Shown: positions 1-10,311, counted from the first letter of the stretch. The stretch is 33,723 bases of DNA from Patescibacteria group bacterium (GCA_018971765.1 JAGXAA010000001.1:1-33723), one strand, 5' to 3'. Made by a program: numbers and translations. Notes: generated from the sequence alone by a model not told the origin.

Positions 1-692
1 ATGGTTACAAGCATACGCCCCGTTCGCCCATTTCCGTCGGTAAATGGGTGAATTGTTTCAAACTGCGCGTGAATAAGCCCCGCTTTTATAAGCGAAGGAT
101 AATCATCTTTGGCGTGAATAAACTTTTCCAAATCATCAAGCGATTTACGCATATCATCCGGCGCGGGTGGCACGAATGAAGCATCGGCCGGCGTTTTGCC
201 ACCAATCCAATTTTGCGAACGGCGAAATTCGCCCGGGTATGCGTGCTGAGTAGCTCGAGTTTGGTGCATCAATTTTTCGTGAAGCTCTCTGATAAATCTT
301 AACGAAAGAGGAAAGTTTTCCGTTCTTTTGATACCGTAATTGGCTGCTTTTATATAATGCTCAATATCGTCAACATCAGGATTCTTGCGAGCTTTTTCCT
401 CAGTCACGGGCGCCGCAACGGCATCTTGGAGAGTTGCTTTTGTTCCCTCAATCTGGCTTGAATATGTCGCGTCTTTGACAACGAACATGTAGGTAAAATA
501 GTCTTTATCCGGTAGGAGACGCGTGATACCGTCTAGTTTACCGACAAGACGAATGGCTTCCTCGTGCTTTTTGTAGAGTTTAGGATTAATAGGAAAACCA
601 TCCTTAGGTGGAAAATCAAAAGGAGTAAAGGTCTTAAAACCCTCTTTTTGCTCTACATATTTGCCTATTTTTGCTTGGTTGACTTTGTTCAT
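1..692 (-). CDS. Fic/DOC (Fido) family protein; 3' end runs off the window
   Basis: Hand translation of the minus strand from ATG at 692-690 gives MNKVNQAKIGKYVEQKEGFKTF... It ends ...LIHAQFETIHPFTDGNGRTGRMLVT, the canonical Fic motif HPFx[D/E]GNGRxxR (nt ~15-50). It is absent from the ORF track because the window edge truncates it. Confidence 0.85.
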   Translation of the reverse strand, partial: MNKVNQAKIGKYVEQKEGFKTFTPFDFPPKDGFPINPKLYKKHEEAIRLVGKLDGITRLLPDKDYFTYMFVVKDATYSSQIEGTKATLQDAVAAPVTEEKARKNPDVDDIEHYIKAANYGIKRTENFPLSLRFIRELHEKLMHQTRATQHAYPGEFRRSQNWIGGKTPADASFVPPAPDDMRKSLDDLEKFIHAKDDYPSLIKAGLIHAQFETIHPFTDGNGRTGRMLVT

Positions 693-750
693 ATTAATGG
701 CAACAGTTTATCATGTTTAGTTGACCTTTGCAACACCAATGGCAACAACT

Positions 751-2316
751 TTAAAATCCGAGTTCTTTTAGAACCTTTTGCAAATTTTTATCAGCCTCTT
801 TTGCTTTAGCTTCGACTTCGGCCAAGTCGCTCAAAATATCTTCTATAGGTTCGTACTCCTCGATACCTCCCAGATGGATGTAACGTGATGGAGAAATGTT
901 ATAGTCGTTCTTGACCATCTCATCCTTGCCGACAAACATACTGAAATTCTCAACCTCTTTTTTGGCGTTATATGTATTGGCAATCTTTTTTATCTGTTCG
1001 TCGCTGATATAGTTTTTCGGATCGCCTTTTTCAAAATCCTTGCCAGCGTTAAGCAGGAATATTTTATCCTTTAATTTCGTCGGTTTATTTTTGTTCAAGA
1101 AAATAATAATGCCCGGAGCGGTCGTGTTATAAAACAGATTCTCCGGCAAATAGATAATGCCCTCGATAAGATCGTGATCAACAAACCACTTTCGGACGAT
1201 GTTCTCTTTATTGGCATTAGCATTACCACTGCCACGAGAAGCGGCTCCGGTATCCAAAACTATAGCGGCTCGCCCGTTATCTTTAAGGCTTGAAAGAATA
1301 TGCTGAACCCAGCCCCAGTCCGCCTTACCACCAGGATTGCCGGCCGGGAAGCGATGATAAGCGTCATTGATATAAACCTCCTCGTTAAACCCGGGCTGAT
1401 TCCACATTGGATTTGCAACAGCCCGATCAAACTTTTTGATTCCATGCCCAGTGGAGTCTTTAAATTTTGGATTATTGAATGTATCACCCAGTTCAATGTC
1501 GCCCTCCATGTCATGAATAATCATATTCATCTTGGCCATCGCCCAGCTGGTCGTGGTATATTCCTGACCATAGAGTCGTAATGGCGCGAAAGTTTTCTTG
1601 CCCAGTTTGTCTTGCTTTTCTTTAAGAGCAAGCTCACACTTAATAAGGAGGCCGGCACTACCACAAGTCGGATCGTAAACTTCCATGCCTGGCTCGGCGT
1701 CCATAATGTAAGCCATAATCATACCCACTTCTCGGGGAGTATAGAATTCGCCAGCCGACTGACCGGAACCTTCGGCAAACTTGCGAATAAGGTATTCGTA
1801 GCTTCGTCCGATAATATCTGGCTCAACGTCGTTTAAGCCCAGCCGTTTCTGACTGGTTGCCTCAATAAGGTTAGAAAGACGATCGTCATCAATTTCTCTT
1901 TGACCACGCGTCGTAGCGTTATAATCAACGGTATCAATTACGCCATCGAGCAGTGAATTATGCGAAGCAATCTCGCGAATGATACGGGTCAAATTATCGC
2001 CGATATTATTTGAAAGCGAGCGGATAACATCCCAAGTTTCCTGAGTCTCAGGATTTTTTGGACGAATGGATAAATAAAAACGGACACGAGAATGATCAGC
2101 GTCAATGCGTTTTAATGTCTCGGTCCGAGAGCCGACATTTTTGGCGATCTTATTTACTTCATCATCAAAAACATCACAAAGACGCTTGATAAATATAAGC
2201 GGCAAGATGTAGTCCTTGAATTTGCCGGCATCTTTCGCGCCACGGATAGCGCAAGCGGCGTCCCATATCCATGATTCAAGCGATTTGTTGTTTTTGTTGG
2301 CGATTTCCTTTTTCAT
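751..2316 (-). CDS. hsdM: Type I restriction-modification system DNA methyltransferase subunit M (N6-adenine)
   Basis: 521-aa ORF. It has an HsdM-type N-terminus (LESWIWDAACAIRG), a SAM motif (VYDPTCGSAGLL) and a catalytic NPPx-type motif (VANPMWN). No hsdS or hsdR lies in the window. Confidence 0.9.
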   Translation of the reverse strand: MKKEIANKNNKSLESWIWDAACAIRGAKDAGKFKDYILPLIFIKRLCDVFDDEVNKIAKNVGSRTETLKRIDADHSRVRFYLSIRPKNPETQETWDVIRSLSNNIGDNLTRIIREIASHNSLLDGVIDTVDYNATTRGQREIDDDRLSNLIEATSQKRLGLNDVEPDIIGRSYEYLIRKFAEGSGQSAGEFYTPREVGMIMAYIMDAEPGMEVYDPTCGSAGLLIKCELALKEKQDKLGKKTFAPLRLYGQEYTTTSWAMAKMNMIIHDMEGDIELGDTFNNPKFKDSTGHGIKKFDRAVANPMWNQPGFNEEVYINDAYHRFPAGNPGGKADWGWVQHILSSLKDNGRAAIVLDTGAASRGSGNANANKENIVRKWFVDHDLIEGIIYLPENLFYNTTAPGIIIFLNKNKPTKLKDKIFLLNAGKDFEKGDPKNYISDEQIKKIANTYNAKKEVENFSMFVGKDEMVKNDYNISPSRYIHLGGIEEYEPIEDILSDLAEVEAKAKEADKNLQKVLKELGF

Positions 2317-2354
2317 AAAAAAACTTTAGCATTACTTGCCATTTAAACAAATTC

Positions 2355-3350
2355 TCATCTCAGATACCTATTCACGTTATTATTATGTTCCTCCAGCGTG
2401 CCGGCGAAATGAGTGACGCCTTTTTTGTCGGAAAGATAATATAGATATTTGGTTTCTTTCGGATTGATCGCGGCAATTATGGCGTCTAGACTGGGATTGG
2501 AAATCGGACCGGGTGGCAGGCCTTTATTTAAATAAGTATTGTAAGGCGAATCGATCTTCAAATCATCACGGTTTATCACCCCCTCTTTTCTTGGATTTAT
2601 ATAACGAAAGACGGCGTCAACCTGTAAAGGCATTCTCATTTTTATTCTCTTCCAGAAGATTCCGGCGACGATTCTCCTGTCATCGTCCGTTCTTACTTCC
2701 TTTTCAAGAATCGACGCCATCGTAAGAATTTCTTTGAACGGTCTGCCGAATTTATTTATGTCTTTCTGTATCGGGGCAATTTTTTTCGTGAAATTTTTTT
2801 CCATCGTGTCTATTATCTGCTTGGCTTTCACATTGGGCAGAAAATAATACGTGTCGGGATACAAATATCCTTCTTTGTTTTCGGCAAGACGGATAAATTC
2901 TTGTTGATTGAAATTACGCAGTTCATCTTTCTCGGATAATAGCTCGGCAATCTCATAAATATTAAAACCTTCCGGAATCGTCACTTTGACGACGGAAAGT
3001 CGGTAATCTCCCTTGGCGAATCTTTGGGCAATTTGAAAAACATTTTCTTTTTTATGCAGGACATAATCTCCGGAGATAATGCCTTTGTTTCCGGAAAATA
3101 GAGCGGTCAAAATTTTAAATGCCAACGCCGACTTTATAAGATGATTCTTTCTCGCATCGCTCGCGATTTCGGAAAGAGCGCGATTTTCTTCAACTGAATA
3201 TATCGCATTGGATGGGAAATCAACGGGCGGTCTTATGAAAAAATAATAAAAAATAAACATCAAGGCGAAAAGAACGAAAACGATAACAGCAAGATATTTC
3301 TTATTAGGTTTAGCCGAAATCTTTTCAGCCATTTTATGAAAAAGAGTCAT
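2355..3350 (-). CDS. mltG: Endolytic murein transglycosylase MltG (YceG-like)
   Basis: 331 aa with a single N-terminal TM segment. YceG-type motifs are present (EGYLYPDTYYF, ILTMASILEKE, SPYNTYLNKGLPPGPISNP). Confidence 0.85.
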   Translation of the reverse strand: MTLFHKMAEKISAKPNKKYLAVIVFVLFALMFIFYYFFIRPPVDFPSNAIYSVEENRALSEIASDARKNHLIKSALAFKILTALFSGNKGIISGDYVLHKKENVFQIAQRFAKGDYRLSVVKVTIPEGFNIYEIAELLSEKDELRNFNQQEFIRLAENKEGYLYPDTYYFLPNVKAKQIIDTMEKNFTKKIAPIQKDINKFGRPFKEILTMASILEKEVRTDDDRRIVAGIFWKRIKMRMPLQVDAVFRYINPRKEGVINRDDLKIDSPYNTYLNKGLPPGPISNPSLDAIIAAINPKETKYLYYLSDKKGVTHFAGTLEEHNNNVNRYLR

Positions 3351-3377
3351 TATTCTCGAAAAATTAAGATGTGAAAA

Positions 3378-4643
3378 TTAAATCGGCAAATTTGACGGCG
3401 GTTCGGCCTTCTTTGAAACGATTCTCGCGAATGTAGGAGTTTGAGCGACGCTTCCGGGTAAATGAAAAATTGAAGCCAATCCCTCCGTATTTATCACAAA
3501 CCACTTTTTCTGATAAGGAGGGTAAAAATACGACCTGAGCTTGTAGGCGTTTAGAATTCTTCTCTTCTGTTCATTCAATCGTCTATTCTTATTCAAAGGC
3601 AAGTAAGCCAAATACTCTTGCCATGGATAATCATGCGATGTGGAAAGATATGTCTTGAAGCCATTCAAATTGTTTGAATTAAATTGTTGGAAAATGCTTC
3701 TAAAGACCGATATGTTCGCTCGATTAAATTTTTCTTTTTTCGCCATATAAATCACGCGGATACCGCAATCGAATCCGAGCTTGGAAACATTTCTTTCAAT
3801 GGCGGCGATTTTATCAATCTGGCCTTTGGTCGGATTGGGGAAAGCGGGATAATCAGATTCAGTTTCCGGTGTCGCCTCTTTTCTAATATCCTCAATTTCT
3901 TCTCTCGCTTCATCCTGCCAAGCGTCGGTCTTTTCAAACCATGTTCCTTTCTTAATCTGCTCTTTCTTATGCGCCCTTATCAATATTTGAATCCAAGCCT
4001 GCTCGCCTTTGCTTATAGAGCCGAGAAATTCTATTATCGGCGTAATCGGGTCAGTCTTGTATTCCTCCTTCGTGTCCGCCTTGTCTAAGCCGTAGTCAAT
4101 ATATGTCTTTATCGGATAAGAGTCTGACGCCTTAAGTATAAAATTTGTTCCCCAAAGAGAAGTTGTCTTGTCTTCGTCAAAGTAATTATCTTCAGTGTAG
4201 TCAGGAACCTCGTATATTTCCACTGTTGGATATTGAGAATATAACTGCGATTCGACAAGATTCTTATACGATACTTCCGTCCAAATGAAGAATCCGACTG
4301 CCCCTTCTATGGAAATCATTTCTAAAGAGAACCAAGGTCGCGTGCCGCCTTTCCAATACTTGTCATACCAGTTGCTCTCGCGGCCAGTTTGATGCAAACC
4401 TATTAGAAATGTTTCCATAGCGAGCGGGGACTTGGTGATTTCTTTAGGCAGTTTGATTTCCAGAAGAATTCGTTTCTGCTTGCTGAAAAAAAGAGCCCTT
4501 ACGTATCTCACCCACAGTTTCCAGCCGATTATTATGAGCAGAATGGGAAGCCATACGGGCGAAGTGGAGATTAAAAGATCTAAAACCGTTTTTTCCAATT
4601 CCGGAATATTATTTGAGATGAATGACAAAAAATTATTTGACAT
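3378..4643 (-). CDS. Hypothetical membrane protein (N-terminal TM segment, unknown family)
   Basis: Long ORF. The track start at 4667 is TTG; the first ATG (MSNNFLSF...) is at 4643. A hydrophobic segment PVWLPILLIIIGWKLWV is present. I recognise no family. Confidence 0.5.
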   Translation of the reverse strand: MSNNFLSFISNNIPELEKTVLDLLISTSPVWLPILLIIIGWKLWVRYVRALFFSKQKRILLEIKLPKEITKSPLAMETFLIGLHQTGRESNWYDKYWKGGTRPWFSLEMISIEGAVGFFIWTEVSYKNLVESQLYSQYPTVEIYEVPDYTEDNYFDEDKTTSLWGTNFILKASDSYPIKTYIDYGLDKADTKEEYKTDPITPIIEFLGSISKGEQAWIQILIRAHKKEQIKKGTWFEKTDAWQDEAREEIEDIRKEATPETESDYPAFPNPTKGQIDKIAAIERNVSKLGFDCGIRVIYMAKKEKFNRANISVFRSIFQQFNSNNLNGFKTYLSTSHDYPWQEYLAYLPLNKNRRLNEQKRRILNAYKLRSYFYPPYQKKWFVINTEGLASIFHLPGSVAQTPTFARIVSKKAEPPSNLPI

Positions 4644-4754
4644 AAATGAGCGCTCAGCGCGTTTCAAGATTACGCCATAATAATACTATATGAATTTGAA
4701 TTGCAAAATAGCATTCTTCTTCTCTACCACCGACCACCTAAAACCTAGTTCAGA

Positions 4755-5786
4755 CTATTTCGAGATCGTATACTTGCCTTCTTTGTTTTTCTTAAAATAT
4801 TTGGGGTTTTGGAGGTTGACGGCGATGGTATTTTCTTTGACGTATCTTTCTTTCATCACTTTGTCTATTATTTCTTCTTTAGTCAGAGGGCCGTGCTTTT
4901 CCAAAATTTTTCTTATCACATCTTTGACCACTCCGCTCATATATCCCCATTCAGAAAGAGCGTAAAGACCTCTTCCGACCAGCACGAATCTCGGGTCCTT
5001 GATGAGCTCGTTGTGGCAAGTGGCGATATGGGCCTTTTTCTTGAACACTTCGCTGATTATTCTGGCGACTTCTTTGAAATGTATCGGGGAGCCGTGTTTT
5101 CTTATGACGAGGAAGGCGTAGTCGCGCATGCCCTTTGCGCTAACATTGGGAGAACTCGCTTTTCCCCATTCGCCCAAAGGATTCTTGCCCATTCTCTTGG
5201 AAATCGACAGCCATCGCCTTATCATTTCCTCATTTTTGAATTTATCGGCCAGTTCTTTAATATGCTCCATAAACGCCTTGATCATTTCCGTTTCCGGTAT
5301 CAAGTCTTCGTCTTTCAGATTTTCATAAACTTTCTTGAGAGAGGCGTGGACCTTATTTGAAAGTTCTTCATCCACATACCACCTGTGCCTGAAGTCGTCA
5401 TCCTCTTTTACTTTTTTGAAAGGATGGCCTATCACTAAAAGAAAATTGATGTTATTCTGAACGCTTTTGTCTTTGGAAATATGATCAAGGAGGTCCTGCT
5501 CCACAATCACCCCTCCTAAAGCGCGTATGAGCTGCTCAAGCTCGTCAAAAACATCCTTCTCTTCGAAATAATATTTGGATTTTCTTATGGCGGCAATGGA
5601 ATGATTTTCTATTTGGCGAACGCGCTCTCTTGTGATTCCATAACGCTGTCCTATCGCTTCAAGAGTCATCCTCTCGTCATTTTTACCCAATCCGTATCGG
5701 CTTTCGATGACTTCCTTGGACCTGTCGGAAAGAGCCGACATAAGTTTTTTTGACGCTTGCTTTGGTTTGAATTTTATTATAGACAT
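4755..5786 (-). CDS. Sigma-70 region-4-like HTH protein with C-terminal HARE-HTH-like domain
   Basis: The N-terminus SDRSKEVIESRYGLGKNDERMTLEAIGQRYGITRERVRQIENHSIAAIRK matches the sigma-70 region 4 pattern. The C-terminal part (MRDYAFLVIRKHGSPIHFKEVARII...) resembles the RNAP delta/HARE-HTH fold. No sigma region 2 is visible. Confidence 0.6.
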   Translation of the reverse strand: MSIIKFKPKQASKKLMSALSDRSKEVIESRYGLGKNDERMTLEAIGQRYGITRERVRQIENHSIAAIRKSKYYFEEKDVFDELEQLIRALGGVIVEQDLLDHISKDKSVQNNINFLLVIGHPFKKVKEDDDFRHRWYVDEELSNKVHASLKKVYENLKDEDLIPETEMIKAFMEHIKELADKFKNEEMIRRWLSISKRMGKNPLGEWGKASSPNVSAKGMRDYAFLVIRKHGSPIHFKEVARIISEVFKKKAHIATCHNELIKDPRFVLVGRGLYALSEWGYMSGVVKDVIRKILEKHGPLTKEEIIDKVMKERYVKENTIAVNLQNPKYFKKNKEGKYTISK

Positions 5787-5866
5787 TTTTTATCGCGTTT
5801 AATGAATAACAAATTATTCTCTTATGTATATCACATTACGCAATTAAGTCAACGGCAACGATCTTT

Positions 5867-8752
5867 TTAGATGACTATGCTGATGATTTTGTTTTTCACG
5901 AATAAAATTTTCTTAATCTCGTTCTCTCCGACGTATTTTTTAATTTCAGGAAGAGACAATGCGATACTCTGAATTTCTTCTTGATTTTTATCTTTTCCGG
6001 CGCTGAAGCTGCCTCTGACCTTGCCGTTTATTTGAACAACGACGGTCGTCTCATCAGGCTCAATCTTTGATTCGTCAAATTTCGGCCACTCTTCCAGATG
6101 AATTGATTTTTTTTCACCTAAAATATTTTGCCAAATTTCCTCCGCCAAATGAGGCGCGAAAGGACTCAATAATTTAATAAACGACTTATAGCTGAAAGAT
6201 GACGGCTTATTTTCGTCTTTCTCCATCTCGTTAAGCAGAATCATCAGAGCGCTTATGGCGGTATTGAAGCGAAAATTTTCTATATCCTCCGTTACTTTTT
6301 TTATCGTCTGATGAATCAGTCTCTCCAATTTTGGATTTTCAGTTTTTAGATTTGATTTTTTATTTTTTAATTTGAGCGACAGCGAATAAACTCTTTCCAA
6401 AAACCTCCTTGAACCGATCATATTGTCCGCGCTCCAGCTTATCGGCTGATCGAACGGCCCCATAAACATTTCGTAAACCCTCAAAGTGTCGGCGCCGAAT
6501 TGACTCACGACATCGTCCGGATTAACGACATTGCCCCACCTCTTGCTCATTTTTCTGCCGTCGTTTCCCATAATCAACCCTTGATTTTTTAGGCTGGCAA
6601 AAGGCTCTTTTTCGCCGACAATTCCGATGTCATATAAAAATTTATGCCAAAAACGGGCGTAGATAAGATGTCTTGTCGCGTGTTCAGTCCCGCCGACATA
6701 CATATCCACTGGAGACCAGTATTTTTCTTTTTTCTTATCAACCAACGCCTTCTTATTTTTCGGGTCAATATAACGAAGATAGTACCAGGACGAGCCCGCC
6801 CACTGAGGCATTGTGTTGGTTTCTCTTTTTCCTTTACCTCCGCATTTCGGACACTTCACATTGGTCCATTTATCCATTTTCGCCAAAGGCGATTCGCCGG
6901 TATCGGTCGGCTCGTAAAATTTCACCTTCGGCAACTTCACCGGCAAATCTTTTTCCGGCACAGCGACCACTCCGCAATATCCGCAATGGATAAGAGGTAT
7001 CGGTTCGCCCCAATATCTCTGGCGCGAAAAAACCCAGTCTTTGAGCTTGTAATTTATTTTTTTTTCGCCCAATTTTCTCTCTTCCAGCCACTTCGTCATT
7101 TTTCCTCTGGCAGTTTTAGAATCTAGCCCATCAAATTCCTCTGAATTAATTAAAATGCCATCGCCGGTATAGATACTCTCTTCCCCAATCATTCTGTTCC
7201 AAAAAAGAGTATCGCTTTTATCGTCAAAAAGATAATTTAAGACCTCGTTATGATTTACCCAGACGACATCATGAGTTTCATTTTCTTTTTGGTCTATCTC
7301 CATCTTTTCTCCATTTTCGAGTTCAAAGTAAAGCGGAGTTATAATTGCCCATCGATTTTCGTTTTTATGACGAGCAAAAAATTGATTATGAACCTTGCTT
7401 CCGAGTTTTTTAATGAATTTCGGAGAAACATATCCAGTTTCCTCTTTTATTTCTCTCAAGCCGGCTTTCACAGGATCTTCACCGTCAGTACCTCCAACCA
7501 CAAAAGTTTTCCAGTCATATTTTTTCCATTTTAAACAAATATATTTATTTTCAGACCAGTGTTTTACAATACAGACGACTGTTTCCCTTTTCTGCATCGG
7601 TAAATTTTCCACAATAGCGTCTGGACCGAAAGTTGTCTTAAAAAGTGGTTCGATAATTTCCCTGATCGGCAAATTATATTTTTTGGCAAATTCCCAATCT
7701 CGCTCATCATGCGCCGGCACGGCCATCACAGCACCGGTGCCATATCCACCCAAGACATAATCCGCGACGAAAATAGGCACTTCTTCGCCATTGGCTGGAT
7801 TTAGCGCCTTAACGCCCTTCAAATCCACTCCCGTTTTTTCTTTCGCCAAATCCGTCCTCTGCAAATCAGATTTATTTTTCGCCTCCGTAATATATTTTTC
7901 CACCGCCCCCAAATTTTTAATTTGCCCCTTTAGTTCTTCAATTATTTTGTTTTCAGGGGCGATGACAAGGTAAGTGACACCGAATATCGTATCTACTCTC
8001 GTCGTAAAGATTTTCACTTCTCCAAACTGCAAGCTATTAGCCGTAAGTTTAAAGCTAACTTCCACCCCCTCCGACTTTCCTATCCAATGTCTCTGCGATT
8101 CTTTGATGTGCTCCGACCATCCTTTCAACTCTTTCAAGTCTTCCAGCATTCTTTCGGCGTAGTCGGTGATTTTTAAAACCCATTGCCTCATCGGCTTTTT
8201 AACGACCGGCGTGGCGCACCTTTCGCACTTGCCGTCTTCCACATCTTCATTGGCCAGGCCGGTGAGGCACGACGGACAGAAATTTATCGGCTCGTAAGAT
8301 TCGTAGGCCAGACCCTTTTCAAACATTTTCAAAAATATCCATTGCGTCCATTTGTAGAAATTCGGGTCGGAGGTGATTATTTCTCTATCCCAATCGTAGT
8401 CAAACCCCAGCATCTCAAGCTGTTTCTTGTATCTTTTTATGTTATTTTTAATGGCGACTTCCGGATGAATTTTATTTTTGATGGCGTAATTTTCCGCCGG
8501 CAGACCAAAAGAATCAAATCCCATCGGATGCAGGACATTAAAGCCGTTCATCCTTTTGAATCGGGAATAAACATCTGCGGCGATATATCCTCTTGGATGC
8601 CCGACATGGAGCCCCTCGCCCGACGGATACGGAAACATATCCAAAATGAAACACTTCGGTTTCTTCCCTCCCTCTTTCGTCTTGTAGATTTTCTTGACAG
8701 CCCAGTGCTTCTGCCACTTTTTCTCTATTTTTTTATGGTCGTATTTTTTCAA
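5867..8752 (-). CDS. leuS: Leucine--tRNA ligase carrying an inserted Nudix-like domain
   Basis: 961 aa with a TTG start; an in-frame TAG three codons upstream prevents extension. Motifs: HIGH (HVGHPRGY), KMSKS (KMSKRWGN), CP1 editing motifs (TTRVDTIFG, GTGAVMAVPAHDERD). Residues ~371-528 are extra and contain a Nudix box. Confidence 0.95.
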   Translation of the reverse strand: MKKYDHKKIEKKWQKHWAVKKIYKTKEGGKKPKCFILDMFPYPSGEGLHVGHPRGYIAADVYSRFKRMNGFNVLHPMGFDSFGLPAENYAIKNKIHPEVAIKNNIKRYKKQLEMLGFDYDWDREIITSDPNFYKWTQWIFLKMFEKGLAYESYEPINFCPSCLTGLANEDVEDGKCERCATPVVKKPMRQWVLKITDYAERMLEDLKELKGWSEHIKESQRHWIGKSEGVEVSFKLTANSLQFGEVKIFTTRVDTIFGVTYLVIAPENKIIEELKGQIKNLGAVEKYITEAKNKSDLQRTDLAKEKTGVDLKGVKALNPANGEEVPIFVADYVLGGYGTGAVMAVPAHDERDWEFAKKYNLPIREIIEPLFKTTFGPDAIVENLPMQKRETVVCIVKHWSENKYICLKWKKYDWKTFVVGGTDGEDPVKAGLREIKEETGYVSPKFIKKLGSKVHNQFFARHKNENRWAIITPLYFELENGEKMEIDQKENETHDVVWVNHNEVLNYLFDDKSDTLFWNRMIGEESIYTGDGILINSEEFDGLDSKTARGKMTKWLEERKLGEKKINYKLKDWVFSRQRYWGEPIPLIHCGYCGVVAVPEKDLPVKLPKVKFYEPTDTGESPLAKMDKWTNVKCPKCGGKGKRETNTMPQWAGSSWYYLRYIDPKNKKALVDKKKEKYWSPVDMYVGGTEHATRHLIYARFWHKFLYDIGIVGEKEPFASLKNQGLIMGNDGRKMSKRWGNVVNPDDVVSQFGADTLRVYEMFMGPFDQPISWSADNMIGSRRFLERVYSLSLKLKNKKSNLKTENPKLERLIHQTIKKVTEDIENFRFNTAISALMILLNEMEKDENKPSSFSYKSFIKLLSPFAPHLAEEIWQNILGEKKSIHLEEWPKFDESKIEPDETTVVVQINGKVRGSFSAGKDKNQEEIQSIALSLPEIKKYVGENEIKKILFVKNKIISIVI

Positions 8753-8774
8753 ATTATACTAAATAAAATTAAAG

Positions 8775-10247
8775 TTAATATATTGAACTCGGCCGCATTG
8801 CGGGAAAAAGTATCGCTTCTTTTATGTTTTTCGCGTTGCTTAAAAGCATCGTGAGACGGTCAATGCTCAAGCCAAGTCCGCCGGCTGGCGGAATTCCGTA
8901 TTCCATCGCTTCGATGAAATCTTCATCCGCCGGCTGGGCTTCTTTATCTCCATCTTTTCTGTATTTTTCCTGAACGGAAAATCTTTCTCTTTGATCAATC
9001 GGGTCATTCAGCTCGGAAAACGCTTTGACTATTTCCATTCCTCCCGCGACGACCTGAAAAGCGTCCGCCAAATTTTTGTCTTTGTCGGTTTTTTTGGCTA
9101 GAGGAAGGTAATTGACGGGATAATCATTAATGAAAGTCGGTTGAATGAGCTTCGGACGGCAAGTCTTTTTGTACACGCTGTCCATTATTTTTTCCAAGCC
9201 GTCACCCTTGTCGGTTTTTACCCCTAATTTTTTCGCCAAGGAAATAATTTCTTCTTTGGCAATAGTTTCCGGCGATTTTATTCCGGCGTATTTTTTCAAC
9301 AGATCAAGATAAGAAACGACTTCAAACTTTTTTGAAAAATCAATTTTATTTCCTTGAAAGACGATTGTCTCTTTGCCAACCGTTTCCTTGACTATTTTCC
9401 CAATGACCGATTCGACAAAAATCATCTGTTTCGAGGCGTCGCTGTAGCTTTCATACCATTCGACTGTCGTGAACTCGGGGTTGTGCGTCATGTCAATTCC
9501 TTCATTTCTGAAAGACCTTCCTATCTCATAGACTTTTGGGAATCCGCCGATAAGAAGTTTTTTCAAATAAATTTCCGGAGCGATGCGCAAGAACAAATCG
9601 ATGTCGAGCGCGTTATGATGAGTCTTAAACGGTTCGGCGCTCGCGCCTCCGGCCAATGACTGCAAAATCGGAGTCTCGACTTCCAAAAAACCGGCGCCGT
9701 CAAGAATTTTTCGGAGTTCGGTGATTATGCGCGAACGGAGAATGAATCGAGTTTTGACTTCAGGGGACATTAACGCGTCAAGATACCTTTTTCTGAACCT
9801 CTCTTCCGTATCGGAAAGTCCATGCCATTTTTCCGGCAAAGGGCGCAAACTTTTTGACAGCATTTTCCACGAATTCGCTTTAATGGTCTTCTCTCCCCTT
9901 TTCGTCATAAAAAGCAAACCTTTGACTTCTATGAAGTCGCCGATGTCGACATTATTGGAAAAAAAATCAAAATCTGATTCTTTCATTTCATCTTTCTTCA
10001 GAAGCCCTTGAAATTTTGCCGTACCGTCGTCAAGATGAAAAAATATCAAAGCTCCTTGAGGCCTCAAGGACATAACCCTGCCCGCGAGCGATAATGTTTT
10101 TTCTTTCGATAGCTTGTCGAAATCAGCGACAACTTTCCCTAATTCATAATCTCGTTCTGAAGATATCGGATAAGACTCGATGCCGTTTTGAGCCAAAGTT
10201 TTCAGCTTTTCCAGACGATTATTTCTAATTTCTTGGAGTGATGCCAT
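8775..10247 (-). CDS. lysS: Lysine--tRNA ligase (class II)
   Basis: 490 aa with an OB-fold N-terminus and class II motifs (FRNEGIDMTHNPEFT, GGLGLSIDRLTMLL). Confidence 0.93.
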   Translation of the reverse strand: MASLQEIRNNRLEKLKTLAQNGIESYPISSERDYELGKVVADFDKLSKEKTLSLAGRVMSLRPQGALIFFHLDDGTAKFQGLLKKDEMKESDFDFFSNNVDIGDFIEVKGLLFMTKRGEKTIKANSWKMLSKSLRPLPEKWHGLSDTEERFRKRYLDALMSPEVKTRFILRSRIITELRKILDGAGFLEVETPILQSLAGGASAEPFKTHHNALDIDLFLRIAPEIYLKKLLIGGFPKVYEIGRSFRNEGIDMTHNPEFTTVEWYESYSDASKQMIFVESVIGKIVKETVGKETIVFQGNKIDFSKKFEVVSYLDLLKKYAGIKSPETIAKEEIISLAKKLGVKTDKGDGLEKIMDSVYKKTCRPKLIQPTFINDYPVNYLPLAKKTDKDKNLADAFQVVAGGMEIVKAFSELNDPIDQRERFSVQEKYRKDGDKEAQPADEDFIEAMEYGIPPAGGLGLSIDRLTMLLSNAKNIKEAILFPAMRPSSIY

Positions 10248-10311
10248 ATTTTTGAATCAGCCGCTTACGACGGTCCGCAAACTGATTTAATTAAAAAAAC
10301 AAACGAAGCGC

